Shown here in pieces: positions 36,496-47,524 of a stretch of 64,000 nt of DNA. The stretch covers positions 91,390,001-91,454,000 of the forward strand of contig OZ076409.1 in NCBI GenBank assembly GCA_964187785.1, given 5' to 3'. The DNA is from Amphiscolops sp. MND2022 (lineage: Eukaryota). The notes under the pieces were generated by a model that was not told where the DNA came from, made no database searches, and saw only the letters and a program-made list of their open reading frames with translations. Numbering within the stretch: position 1 is the stretch's first letter; each line of letters starts with the position of its first letter. Position numbers and translations under genes: made by a program.

Positions 36496-39400
36496 CTAGT
36501 ATCTGTATTCATCACTAAAGTTTGGAGTCGGGTTGGGACGTAGATTATATTTCCCTCCCCTGGGACTTTCATTTTCTACAACCATTTCCTCATTTTCATC
36601 GCTTGATAAAACGGGCACAATTATATCCTTGCCTCTAGAATCAAAAAATTCCGATTCTTCCTCATCTGAAGGGCGTTTAGAAGTCGTTTCAGCAATTTCT
36701 GAGTCAGTATCTTGCTGCGGTCGAGTTGACCTAAGGTCCGTGTCAGTCATATTTGCGTCTGGTTGCTCAAGTAATTGCTCAGTGTCATCTGAGCTAGTAT
36801 CTTGTTGCCGTCGATTTGACCTAAGGTCCTCATCGCTGATTTCATTTCCACGCTGTCCCGTAGTAGCGTCATCGGTATTTTCATCACGTCGGTTGGACCG
36901 CAGGTCCAAGTCTGTAATTATAGCGTCCTGTTGATCAGACTCAGCTAAAGACTCGGCGGACTTGCTTTTTGAAGCATCAAATGTAGGAAATTCGTCAAAA
37001 TCCGTTTCCCATGAAATAATATACAAATCGTCTTGAGGAATGATGATTTCGTTATCCGCTTGCAGGTTGCCTTCCGGGCGATTGTCTTGTAGAGTAGCAT
37101 TTGGCGTGAATTTTCGTAATCGGATTCGATGTAAAATCTGTGTTTTGTTAGAATTGAGTTTGCGTACTATGTAATTCTCGTTGGGGAGGACCTTTTCGAT
37201 GACATAAGGTCCAATCCACCGGAACTCCCGAAATGGAATTTTAGAGCCTTGATGGTCAGCTAGTGGTTGCAAAATGAAACAGTAGTCGCCAAGTCCCAAT
37301 GGGGCTGCCTTAGCTTTCCTGTCATAGTATTCCTTGTACTTTAGGTAGGATTGCATTATGTTTTTCTTTGTTTTGTCTAAAAGTATTTGCGTGCGTCTTT
37401 GAAATTCTTCCGCAAAATCAGTTGTAGGTAAGATTTTTGGGTTAGGATTGAGTCCCAACCTGTGGTCTAGGATATTATACGGTATCCTGCCATGAAAAAT
37501 TCTGGAAGGTTCACATCCTAGGCTTGAATGATAGGTCGTGTTATAATTGAGTACTGCCAAAGGTAGGTATTTGTGCCATTGTCGTCGATATTCGCCTGAT
37601 GCCATTTTAAGGTTTCCTTCAAGACTTGCATGAGTGCGTTCTAGTTTACCAATCGTTTGAGGATGTTTCGTCGTTGCGCACTTTATTTGAATATCTAGGA
37701 TTTTTGCAATTTCTTCAACTAGGCGGGACGTAAATGCTGTTCCTTTGTCGGTAATCAGCGTAGTTGGTAGGTATGTGTGTCTGGTCATTATATCAATAAG
37801 TAATTTTGCTGTACTAGTGGCTGATGCGTCAGTTACTGGGTATGCGAAAAGGTATCTTGAAAAAACATCTAGGGCCGTTATGATGTTTTCGTATCGTCCA
37901 CTTGGTGGTAGGTAAGGTAGACGATCAATTTGTAGGGCATCGTCCGGGCCGAGGTCCCATTCAGGTAAGTTGAGTAATTCTGGTGTTATCGATGTATTTT
38001 GGATCCTTTTGTCTTTTATACAGGTTTCACACCCTTCTACCCATTTTTTGACGATTTTTGCAATTCCTGGGTAATAATATTTTTGACGGATTTCCTGAAG
38101 CATTTTGGAAATCCCCGGGTGTTTATTGGCTGCTCAGTGTAGTGATTGGAGTAAGTCAGTGACAAGGTGTTTTGGTAGCAACGCCTGGCGGAATTGGACG
38201 TTGCCAGTTTCATTATAATAATCTCGGAAAATGATATCGTCCTGGACGGACAGACGGTCAAGTTGACGGCAGTAGTGTCGGTAACGTGGATCTTGCTGTA
38301 AAATGGTTTCCGAGTAATCCTCTTTTTGTAGTTTGAATCGTAATTGTTGTGAGATAATGTCATTCTGTTGTTCGATAGCCATTGTGATTGGTTTGGCTAC
38401 TTTCTCTAAAGTTGGGGTTTGAAAATATATACTGTCATGTTCGCTAAGTTTTTCCAACAAAATGTCGGAGAGTTGATTTGAAGGTTTTGACCTGGCGTCT
38501 TGTTTTCGCTTCCAAATTTGTTCTTCGGTTTCTTCGTCGTCATCCGTGTAGAATATTTGTTCTTCTTCGGTGACTCCCGCCGATTGGACTTTGAGTTCAA
38601 TGGGCGTTATTGAGATGTCTTCTCGTATGCGGAGTATGAGTTTTTCTTTAGGGCTGATTTCTAGACGAGACAGATAGTCAGCAGCGGTGTTGTTTTTGCC
38701 GGGTATATGTGCTATAGTGAAGTTGAACTGCATTACATAGTCACAAGCGTTCCACAGTGTTGGTGGAATAATTTTAGTTTGGAAAAAACGAGTGACCGAC
38801 TTATTGTCTGTTAGAATTATCACCGATTTCGGAGTCCCCCAAAAGATGTGTCCAAATTCTTTGAAGGCAAAGAATATTGCTAAGAATTCTTTCGCATATA
38901 TGGACATTTTCAATTGGGCGGGACTAAAAGTCTTGGATCCATACGCTACGGGTGCGAAGGCTTTCCGCATCGAACTATATTTCTCCATTGGATCATCCTC
39001 GATGAGAACTGCATAACCTGCTGCCGAGAAACTAGCATCGGTCATCATGCTATTTGTTTGTTTGGCAGAGGTTGTTTAAGTGCGAGATCACAACATCGGT
39101 CAAGAGCTTTGTTGATCTCGGTGAATTGTTCTAGCAGATCTGGAGTCACCATGACTTTGGCGTCGCTTTTCAGTACTTTGAAGAATGGTGTCAGTTTTTC
39201 TGAAAGCCTTGGGATGTAGTTGCGATAGTAGTTCAGGAACCCCAAGTATCTCTGAAGCGCTTTTTTGGATTTTGGGAAATTTGTTTTCTCAAGGAAGTTT
39301 TGGACCCTGGGTCGTTGCGGCCGCACTCCTTCAGGGGTGATGGTACGGCCCAAGAAGTCGATTTCTTTGGCTCCAAAATGGCATTTGTGCATAGTTAATT

Positions 39401-41682
39401 TGAGACCCGCGGTCCTAATGCACTCGAAGGTCGCTCGAAGATTGTTGATGAGCTGTATAGCGTTGTTGGCCGCAATTCCAATATCGTCAACGTACTGAGC
39501 GCATTGGTCCGCTTTGATCAATTTATCCAGGTATTCGCGCATAAAGCTCGAGAAAGCTGACAGAGCTCTGCTTAGACCTTGTGCAAGTCTGCGGTAGGCA
39601 AATGTTCTGCTGGCAAAATTGAAGGCTAGCATCTCAATTGACCTTTGGTCAGCCATCTGGAGGCAGTGATATGCTTGGGAACAGTCGAGTTTGCAAAATA
39701 ATTTTTTGCCAGCCATAAGTTGCGCGGCGTCTGTTAGCGTGCTGACGGGATGGTTATTGTTAATATAGTCGTCAGAGATCAAATTATTGATTTTTCGGAG
39801 GTCGACTAAAAGTCGTAGTTTGCCATTCGGTTTTTTCTGGGCAAAGATAGGGCTTGCGTATTTGGAAAATGGGAGCGTTGTTATAATCCCATAGCGATGT
39901 AACATTGCTAATTCCACAAGGATGTCCTCTTTAAGGTTGATTGGCGTTGGTAGGCTTTGGCTATAAGCAGGGGAATCATCTTTAGGGGTCAATTTGACCT
40001 TGAAGTCTTCGTTCATGCCTACGTCGAAACGGTGTCTAGCAAAGATGTCGTGGAATTCGACTAACAATTCCTCAATTTGGGTTATTTCTACTGGATTCAG
40101 TGTAGAATCTGTCCAGTCAAAATGGGCAAGAAATTGTTTCCTGGACTCAGGACTATCCTGAGGGTTGACATTTTTCTAACTCTTGGAGGCTGTAAAATTC
40201 GTTCAAAATCCGTTGTTGAATCGGTGTATGAGACTGAGGGTCTCCAGGGTCTTCTGGAGTAGGGAACCAATAGTTCTCTTTGTCTTCGTCATTTCTCGGA
40301 GATTCGATTAGACTGCTAGCATAGTAGACAGCATGCACCGGATTCTCTTGTAAGAGGAGCCATGTGGTCACCGGGTCAATCGGTTTGACGTATTTCATCT
40401 GTTCTGGGGTCAGGACAGAGAAATTTGCTATGTGGGAACCCTTTTTGAGTGTGTAAGGTTGATCGGTGAAATTGTTCACGTGGATCGCAACCTGACCTTG
40501 GGTCAGTGTGACTAGAGCAGCGCAGAAGGTTATATCGCCATCTTCTGCGAGGTCATTGCTGGGTTGAAGAATTCCAGTGACGTTGGTGTTGTCATATAGT
40601 GGAGAGTACATGGAGACCATGTGTCTATCATTGGGGGGAATAGTTATATCCTCCCGCGAACAGATAGGTTCCATGACATTGGTGTACTTATGGTCAGCTG
40701 TTTTCAATTGCATGGAAAAGAATGGGAAGTTTAATATTCCTTGCCGCATATCTAATATGGTGTTGTTCCGTTGAAGGAATGATAGACCAATTAACGGACT
40801 TGTAAGTTTTTCCATGACTATGAATATCTCGTGGAAGTCGATATCCCCGACCTCAAATCTGAGTTCAACTGTGCTCTTTGGAGTCTCCAACTGTCCATTA
40901 GCGACCATAATTTGAAAGTTTGGGGCTGGGCCCTCTTTAATTATGGACTGAAGAGCTAATAGGCGGATTTTACGTAGATCAGCTTCTGGGATAGCACTAG
41001 ATAGCGCTCCCGTGTCTACAAGGCCATCTAATGTTAGTTCGCCAAAATCCATTGGGAAGTAGAGCATGCGTCGTTTCTATTTGAGTCCCAAATTGGTCGT
41101 TATTGGGACGTAATCGGGTTCACCGTCCCTTGAGATGAGCGTGTGCATGTAGCGTTCTGCCACGGCTGCGGTCAGGGTGACCACAGGTCCGTCTTGGGGA
41201 ATGTACGTCTGTGGTTCTGCATAAGTTGCCGTGGAGGGAGGAACTCGTGTGGTTTGCCAAGGGTCAACTGCCGCCGCGGACAAGTGAATATTGAGATTCT
41301 GGTCAATCTCGGGTGAATCAGGTTCTATATCGATGGTATTTTTGGTAAAATTATTGTAGAAGTGTAAATAATGCTGGTTGTAGATTTGAATGTCCCAATA
41401 AGGGTCGAAACCAAAGTCTGGGTCGAGATAGTAGGGGTTATAGTTATCTATAAGAGGGACAGGGCGAATAGTGGTAAAGTTACAGTACTGTCCATCAGAC
41501 TGGAGGTCCAGGTTCTGAAGGTTACTAGGAGTGTGTTTCACCTGCTGCTGCCAGTCAGCCGATGAGTTTTCTTTGAGTGAAGAGTAATGTTCAGTGTAAT
41601 AAACCGTAGAAGGGTCAGATATTATGTATTGTCTGACACGGAGTTTTTCGTTAAAGCGGAGTCGTGGCACATCTAGTTTTTT
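36496..41682 (-). pseudogene. pol: pol of element B, broken into five ORFs
   Basis: Motifs LVDTGA, YVDD, TDAS, integrase core and WIGPY. In-frame stops at 41077, 39045 and 38134, and a frameshift near 40170. Confidence 0.95.
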
Positions 41683-43468
41683 GGGTTTTTGAGAATAGAA
41701 GTAGTAGGTTTGTTGTTGGAGTCATCTTGACCTATGGTAGTTTCCTCGGTTTTGGAAGTATCCAATTTGAGGTTTTTGGGCTTGAGGTGGGCTCCAGCGC
41801 CTTTCCAACACCGTTCCGCCGGGTGATTCGTTTTGTCGCAAGTTGGACATTTGGGATATTCTTTCTTGGTATCCTGCCCGCCATTGCGCTTTTGTTCCTC
41901 CTTTCTCTTGAGTTTTCGACAGTCATTTTGACATGACCCGGTTTTTTGCAATAGTTGCAAGTGTCATTTGGGTCACTGCCAGACGAAAGGAGGCCAGTTC
42001 CCGGTCGTGTTGCTGTGGGGGCAGTGGACATTGTGGGGACGTGAATGTCGTCACCTTCCTCAAGTCCATTCAACTCTAATTCTCGTTCGAGGTGTGCGAC
42101 GATCTCGTCATGCGTAGCGTTTTCAAGTCGTGCCATATTGACGGAACGTTTCAGTTTGGGTGGTAGTTTGGCATAAAGCAAACTGTCAATCATTGCTTGG
42201 GCATGTTCCCCAAAGGCCTTTTCAGCGCCTTCGTTGAGTTCTTCAAGGAAGTCAGGCAATTTCATAGTATTCGGATCAAATACCAATTTGTGCCGTTTGT
42301 GTTTGGCGGTTGCCTGAGACTCTGGTTTGACATATTTCCTCCGGAAGACTGCTAGTATGTCCTCTAGAGTTTGTCTATTAGCTGAATTGATATTACGAAA
42401 GGTTTGTAGCGCATTTTTGCGCAACAGCGAATGAAAATGATTGATTTTCATTGTTTCCGTCATGTCCGGTTGCATCTTTATCATTGTGTGAAAAAGATCT
42501 TCGAACAGTTCAAACTTTTCGGATTTACCATCAAATGTTAGTGTGGTCGTATTGACTGGTCGTACCATCAGTGTCTGGGCTGACGGTTTGTTATTCATTC
42601 CCATAATAACATCTGCAAGTCTGTTGATGGGATCTATTGGTGCTTCAAAGGGCACATCCCTATTGTTAGTAGGGATTGGTGGTAATTGTGCAGGGATGGT
42701 GGTATCAAGCGTGTCATCATTGACACTCTGTTGATGGGGAATTTTATTTTGGTATTGCATGGGCCGTCCGGTCAGAAACTCAGGGACCATTTGTGGGGTA
42801 AGGTTGGCTCCTGTTACCATGTCGTAACCATTTTCATCATCACTCCCACAAGAATCTACTGAATTCTCTCTCTGATGATTTATTTGGTTACTACTCATCG
42901 TTACTAACCTAGGGAAGTCTTTCTTAGCTTCTTGGGACGCTTTTCCAGCAATTTGTTGCTGAGGTCCAACTGACCTAAGGTCCCTTTGCGGACGTACTCG
43001 GCCAAAAGTACTCGGATGAGGTCCATCTGACCGAAGGTCCGCAATTGTATTTTTTGTTGAGTTTTGACTTTCCAACGCATTCCTGAGGCTAGGAATCACT
43101 TTCTCCTCAATTGCAGAGTCAATTGCATTCAAAATATGCAAATTAGGATCTGATCTCATTTCGTCTAATTTCCTAGACATTTGTGATGAAATCTCCGAAT
43201 TTATTGCTCTACTGGTTTCAACTGTAATTTCACTATTCTCACTCACGTTAGTAGTCAATATTGACCTAAAATTTTGTCTAATTGAATTAGTTTCTCTCTG
43301 AGGTCTCCTTGACTCTAGGTCAAAATCAGTATTACTAATATCTTCATCTCTGACTTGATCATCTTCCTGGTAATTCCCCAACATTACATCTAGATTTTCA
43401 ATATCGGACATTACGTCTGATTGTCTTGAGCGCTTTTCCTTGGCTTTCTGCTTTCTAGTTGAAGGCAT
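41673..43468 (-). pseudogene. gag: gag of element B (ATG 43468; frameshift at ~41930 in the first Zn knuckle)
   Basis: MPSTRKQK start, FDGKSEKFELFEDLF, CNYCKKPGH. The true C-terminus (CPTCDKTNHPAERC...PKN*) is in ORF 41673-41960. Slippery AAAAAAC at 41676-41682. Confidence 0.92.
42806..42819 (-). promoter_or_regulatory. primer-binding site of element B (TGGTAACAGGAGCC)
   Basis: Begins exactly where LTR-LTR identity ends. Confidence 0.85.
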
Positions 43469-44357
43469 TTTATTAAGAGATTCGCGTTTCAAGAATAAAT
43501 TGAACAGTTTGTTTAACTTTCACAAAGTGTATGTTTATCGTTGTAACAGTATTGAATTGATCATTAAAAATAGCAACAACCTAATTATGACATAATATCG
43601 GCTATAAATAGAAACTAGGGTGAACTGATACATTACGTCACTTGTCCTCTAATATATAAATGGAAGCAACAACAAAACAGATATTAACAAATACATGCGA
43701 ACTGTAATATTTCATGCTTCTAAGAGTATTATACGGCTTTCAATAACAAATTGGACCTAAAGTCCGCGTGACTTCAGCACAATACTATTGGTGCAATTTG
43801 ATTGGTTAAAAGTATTTTGGACAACGCGTCATCTTGACGGCAGCGCTGTACAAGTTGAACGCGTTTCCTTTACCTTTACCAGTTCGTTGCTTTATTCAAC
43901 TGATTTCTAATTTACATTTCTAAACTGTAATAAGCCACTAATTGCACATTTGTATGTATGGATTGGTTCACGATTCGTTGCTTTATTCAACTGATTTCTA
44001 ATTTACATTTCTAAACTGTAATAAGCCACTAATTGCACATTTGTATGTATGGATTGGTTCACGATAGACAAACTAGTTCATCAACGTTTTTACATATCAG
44101 TATATAAAATAATAATAAAAGTACACGGCTGCGGTCAAACTGACCTTAGGTCAGATTATTTAGGAAAATTGCATGATTTATCAAAATAAGCGCCATAACA
44201 ACGTGAAACAGTGTTTGTTTAGTAAGATAGCAATACTCACTAATATGTTATGTAAGTTCTGAGTTTCATTAGATCGGTAGGACTCCTGGTCCTGGAATAT
44301 TATCGTCGTCCGGGGTGACTTGATAAAGTAGGCCATCGCAGGCGGTAGCCTGCGACA
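42820..44357 (-). repeat. 5' LTR of element B (1538 bp)
   Basis: Direct repeat of 28529-30069 with a 91-bp deletion at 43560 and a 91-bp tandem duplication at 43883-44064. Confidence 0.95.
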
Positions 44358-44443
44358 TGTACAGATGATCGGTAAAGGCCACATTGAAGCAACCGAAAAG
44401 CATATCTTGCCAGACCTTTTAAGACATACGAGTCTACATGCAT

Positions 44444-44643
44444 NNNNNNNNNNNNNNNNNNNNNNNNNNNNNNNNNNNNNNNNNNNNNNNNNNNNNNNNN
44501 NNNNNNNNNNNNNNNNNNNNNNNNNNNNNNNNNNNNNNNNNNNNNNNNNNNNNNNNNNNNNNNNNNNNNNNNNNNNNNNNNNNNNNNNNNNNNNNNNNNN
44601 NNNNNNNNNNNNNNNNNNNNNNNNNNNNNNNNNNNNNNNNNNN
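44444..44643. other. assembly gap (200 N)
   Basis: Run of N; it hides the 5' end of element C. Confidence 1.
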
Positions 44644-46394
44644 CTAGTATTAGTCTGTTAGGGCCAACAACCAAAAGGCTCAAATGATGTGTAGTTATTT
44701 GCAAATTTGGAAACGCAGTACAACAATGCAATTGCAGTAATAAATAGAAGCAGCTAACGAGCGTAAAGGAAACGAGTTCAAGTAAACGTCACTCCAATTC
44801 CGGGGACGTCACTTGAGCTTACTACAATTAGCCAATCACGTGCTGTAACTCTTGCTGTACTATTGTTGTATTTGTTAATTGGCCGGTTAAGGCCACCTGA
44901 CGAAATTCCACTCTCATTGCTCACTACTTTGGTCAAACGGCCCGTTCCGGCCGTGAAGCAATAATGAAAAGGAACTAACTTATTACATCTGTACTTCATT
45001 AGTAATAATACAATTGTTCTTTCATGTTGTTTAAATGATCATTGTTGATAATATGAAGCTTTGTTTGGTATTTGGCCGAGTAAGGCCCATTGAACTAATA
45101 TATATTGTTTCAACTGGTACTCTGGTCAATGGCCGATTGTGGCCATTTCATGCATATTTGTGTTTTGTTGTTCAGTTAACCAGATATTAACCCGGAACTA
45201 GCATAAGTTCATCTCCGAAGCAAATGAAGGTGCTTATGGTATTATATTATCTACGTGATCCAAGCATATGTAAAATAGACAAATAAGGCCATTTTCCTTC
45301 ACTTCCCTATTGTGCTGTCTGTACTTACGGATTTAAGCCTATTCCGGTTTCAACATGAAATGTATTTTCATGAATAGTAGATTGATACCACAGCCCTTAT
45401 GTGCGGTTATACATTCCATTCTCAGTGTATTATATAATAAATCTTGTGTCGGCACGTGCCTCCACCTCACTTTGCGTGAGGTATGTAAACAAAGGTATTT
45501 GTTGACACTTTGATATGCATGCCTTAATCGGCAGTTCGTTTGAAGCTACTATTTTGACTACATGACCCATAAATGCCATTCCCTAGATGTCCCCGAAGAT
45601 ATGTGAATATCAGGGTTTTCATCATGGAGCTAATGATCATATGATACTACCAACCTAACTAGTTATGTAAGGAATGTGATTGTCATTCCCTAAAAGGTAT
45701 AAATAGTGTTATCCCGTTGGGGAAATCATTAATTCCTTTCATTTTGCTCTAGTTAAGCTTAATCTACAAACGGCACCGCTGTTATTTCCGTATTGATCAA
45801 TATATTGTTAATTCGGAATCGTTTCTATGCCTACTACTAGAAAACAGAAAAAGGCAAGAAAGTCAAGAGGACTTGAAATGTTGTCAGATATTGAGAACAT
45901 AGACATTATGTTAGGTGAAAATCACTTCAATGACATGAGGAGAGACGAAAGTCACGATGGCACTTCCATTAGGAGGCAGGAAAGTGTTACAAGCAATAAC
46001 TTAGAAAATGAGGGAATGGATCTCCATTCTGATCATAGAAATCCCGAAACTGGGACTAGTGCCGGTTACGACCGAATCACAGCGAGCATAGATTCTCAAG
46101 CTGAGATCAACAAGTTGTCGAGTGAACTAAACTCTAGAATATCTAGGGAGATGGATGAGATGATGAACAGTGTTAGTTCTCAAATCCAGAGGGCCATAAG
46201 TGATGCCATCAATAATCAAGTTTTACCACAAATTCAAAACGTTATTATGGCCAGTTCAGGACATGAGACCAGAAGAGGATGGGAGAGGTCTGACGAGAGA
46301 CCGGAATGTTATTCCGAAGATCAATACAACGCGAAAACTAGATCTACTCTTAATAATGAACATGGTGACAAACCACATCGTAATGTTCATGACA
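44644..46394 (+). repeat. 5' LTR of element C (start hidden in gap)
   Basis: Ends ...CATGACA before TGG; TATAAATA at 45698-45705. Confidence 0.92.
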
Positions 46395-47524
46395 TGGTGA
46401 CAGGAGACAACGAATCTCCAAATCCAGTTCCTGAGTTTCTCACAGGACGAATCTCATCCAGAAATCATCTCGACAGGTCCTTTGAGGACATCCACCTCGA
46501 CACGACGATCCCAGCACAAGAAAGAATCGCTACGGCTGCTGACTCCGACCCCATCACCCGACTGGCAGACGTCTTGACTACGATGCAGAATAGACCGACA
46601 GCCCAGCAACTCACAATACGCCCAGTCAACTCAAATACTATGACATTTGATGGCAAAAGCGAGAAATTCGAGCTGTTCGAAGACCTATTTCACACTATGA
46701 TCAAGATGCAGCCAGAAATGACTGAGCAAATGAAGATCAATCACTTCCACTCTTTATTGAGGAAGAATGCTCTTCAGACGTTCAGAAATATCAGCTCAAG
46801 CAACCGACAAACTCTAGAGGACGTATTAGTCATTTTTAGACGAAAATACGTCAAGCCCGAATCACAGGCGACTGCCAAACATAAATGGCACCGTCTAGTC
46901 TTCGATCCCAATACGATGAAGCTGCCTGATTTTCTCGAAGAATTGAACCAGGGAGCCGAGAAGGCGTTTGGCGATCACGCACAGAAAATGATTGACAGCT
47001 TGCTCTACGCAAAGCTGCCACCTAAGTTGAAGCGGTCTGTCAACATGGCCAGATTAGAAAATGGCTCATATGATGAAATTGTTGCTCATTTGGAGAGAGA
47101 GTTGGAACTCAATGCCCTTGAGGAATCAGATGACCTACCAATGGCCACAATGACCTCCTCGACTACAAAATCTAAAACTCCTCTGTCCACTGGGCAAATG
47201 TCAGCAGACATTACTTGCAACTACTGCAAAGAAAAGGGCCACATGGTCAAGGACTGCGAAAAACTGAAAAAGAAAAAAGAAAAAGATGCCCAACAAGGCA
47301 AGTCGACCCAGAAGAAAACATACCCGGAGTGTAGCACTTGTGGCAAAAAGAACCATCCGGAGGAAAGATGTTGGCAAGGTGCTGGTGCACATCTCAAACC
47401 TAAACGCACTAGACCCGAAGACTCAACCGACAATAAGCCCAATTCGAAGGCTCAGAAACCTCAGACCAAACCGACATCATCGAGCTCCCAATCCTCATAT
47501 TCTAATGATGAGTCAAAAAACTAA
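45827..47524 (+). CDS. gag: gag of element C (565 aa)
   Basis: Capsid-like core and two CCHC knuckles (CNYCKEKGHMVKDC, CSTCGKKNHPEERC). Confidence 0.95.
   Translation: MPTTRKQKKARKSRGLEMLSDIENIDIMLGENHFNDMRRDESHDGTSIRRQESVTSNNLENEGMDLHSDHRNPETGTSAGYDRITASIDSQAEINKLSSELNSRISREMDEMMNSVSSQIQRAISDAINNQVLPQIQNVIMASSGHETRRGWERSDERPECYSEDQYNAKTRSTLNNEHGDKPHRNVHDMVTGDNESPNPVPEFLTGRISSRNHLDRSFEDIHLDTTIPAQERIATAADSDPITRLADVLTTMQNRPTAQQLTIRPVNSNTMTFDGKSEKFELFEDLFHTMIKMQPEMTEQMKINHFHSLLRKNALQTFRNISSSNRQTLEDVLVIFRRKYVKPESQATAKHKWHRLVFDPNTMKLPDFLEELNQGAEKAFGDHAQKMIDSLLYAKLPPKLKRSVNMARLENGSYDEIVAHLERELELNALEESDDLPMATMTSSTTKSKTPLSTGQMSADITCNYCKEKGHMVKDCEKLKKKKEKDAQQGKSTQKKTYPECSTCGKKNHPEERCWQGAGAHLKPKRTRPEDSTDNKPNSKAQKPQTKPTSSSSQSSYSNDESKN
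46395..46406 (+). promoter_or_regulatory. primer-binding site of element C (TGGTGACAGGAG)
   Basis: Begins exactly where LTR-LTR identity ends; identical to A over 12 nt. Confidence 0.85.

Larger units (their letters stand above)
28529..44357 (-). mobile_element. complete Ty3/Gypsy LTR retrotransposon, element B (15.8 kb, pseudogenised)
   Basis: Two ~1.54-kb LTRs with TGTCG...CGACA termini, a 5-bp TSD TGTAC (28524-28528 and 44358-44362), PBS, PPT, gag, pol and two accessory genes. Confidence 0.97.

Noticed and set aside
44300..44731. ORFs containing X runs
   Set aside because: Artefacts of translating the N gap.
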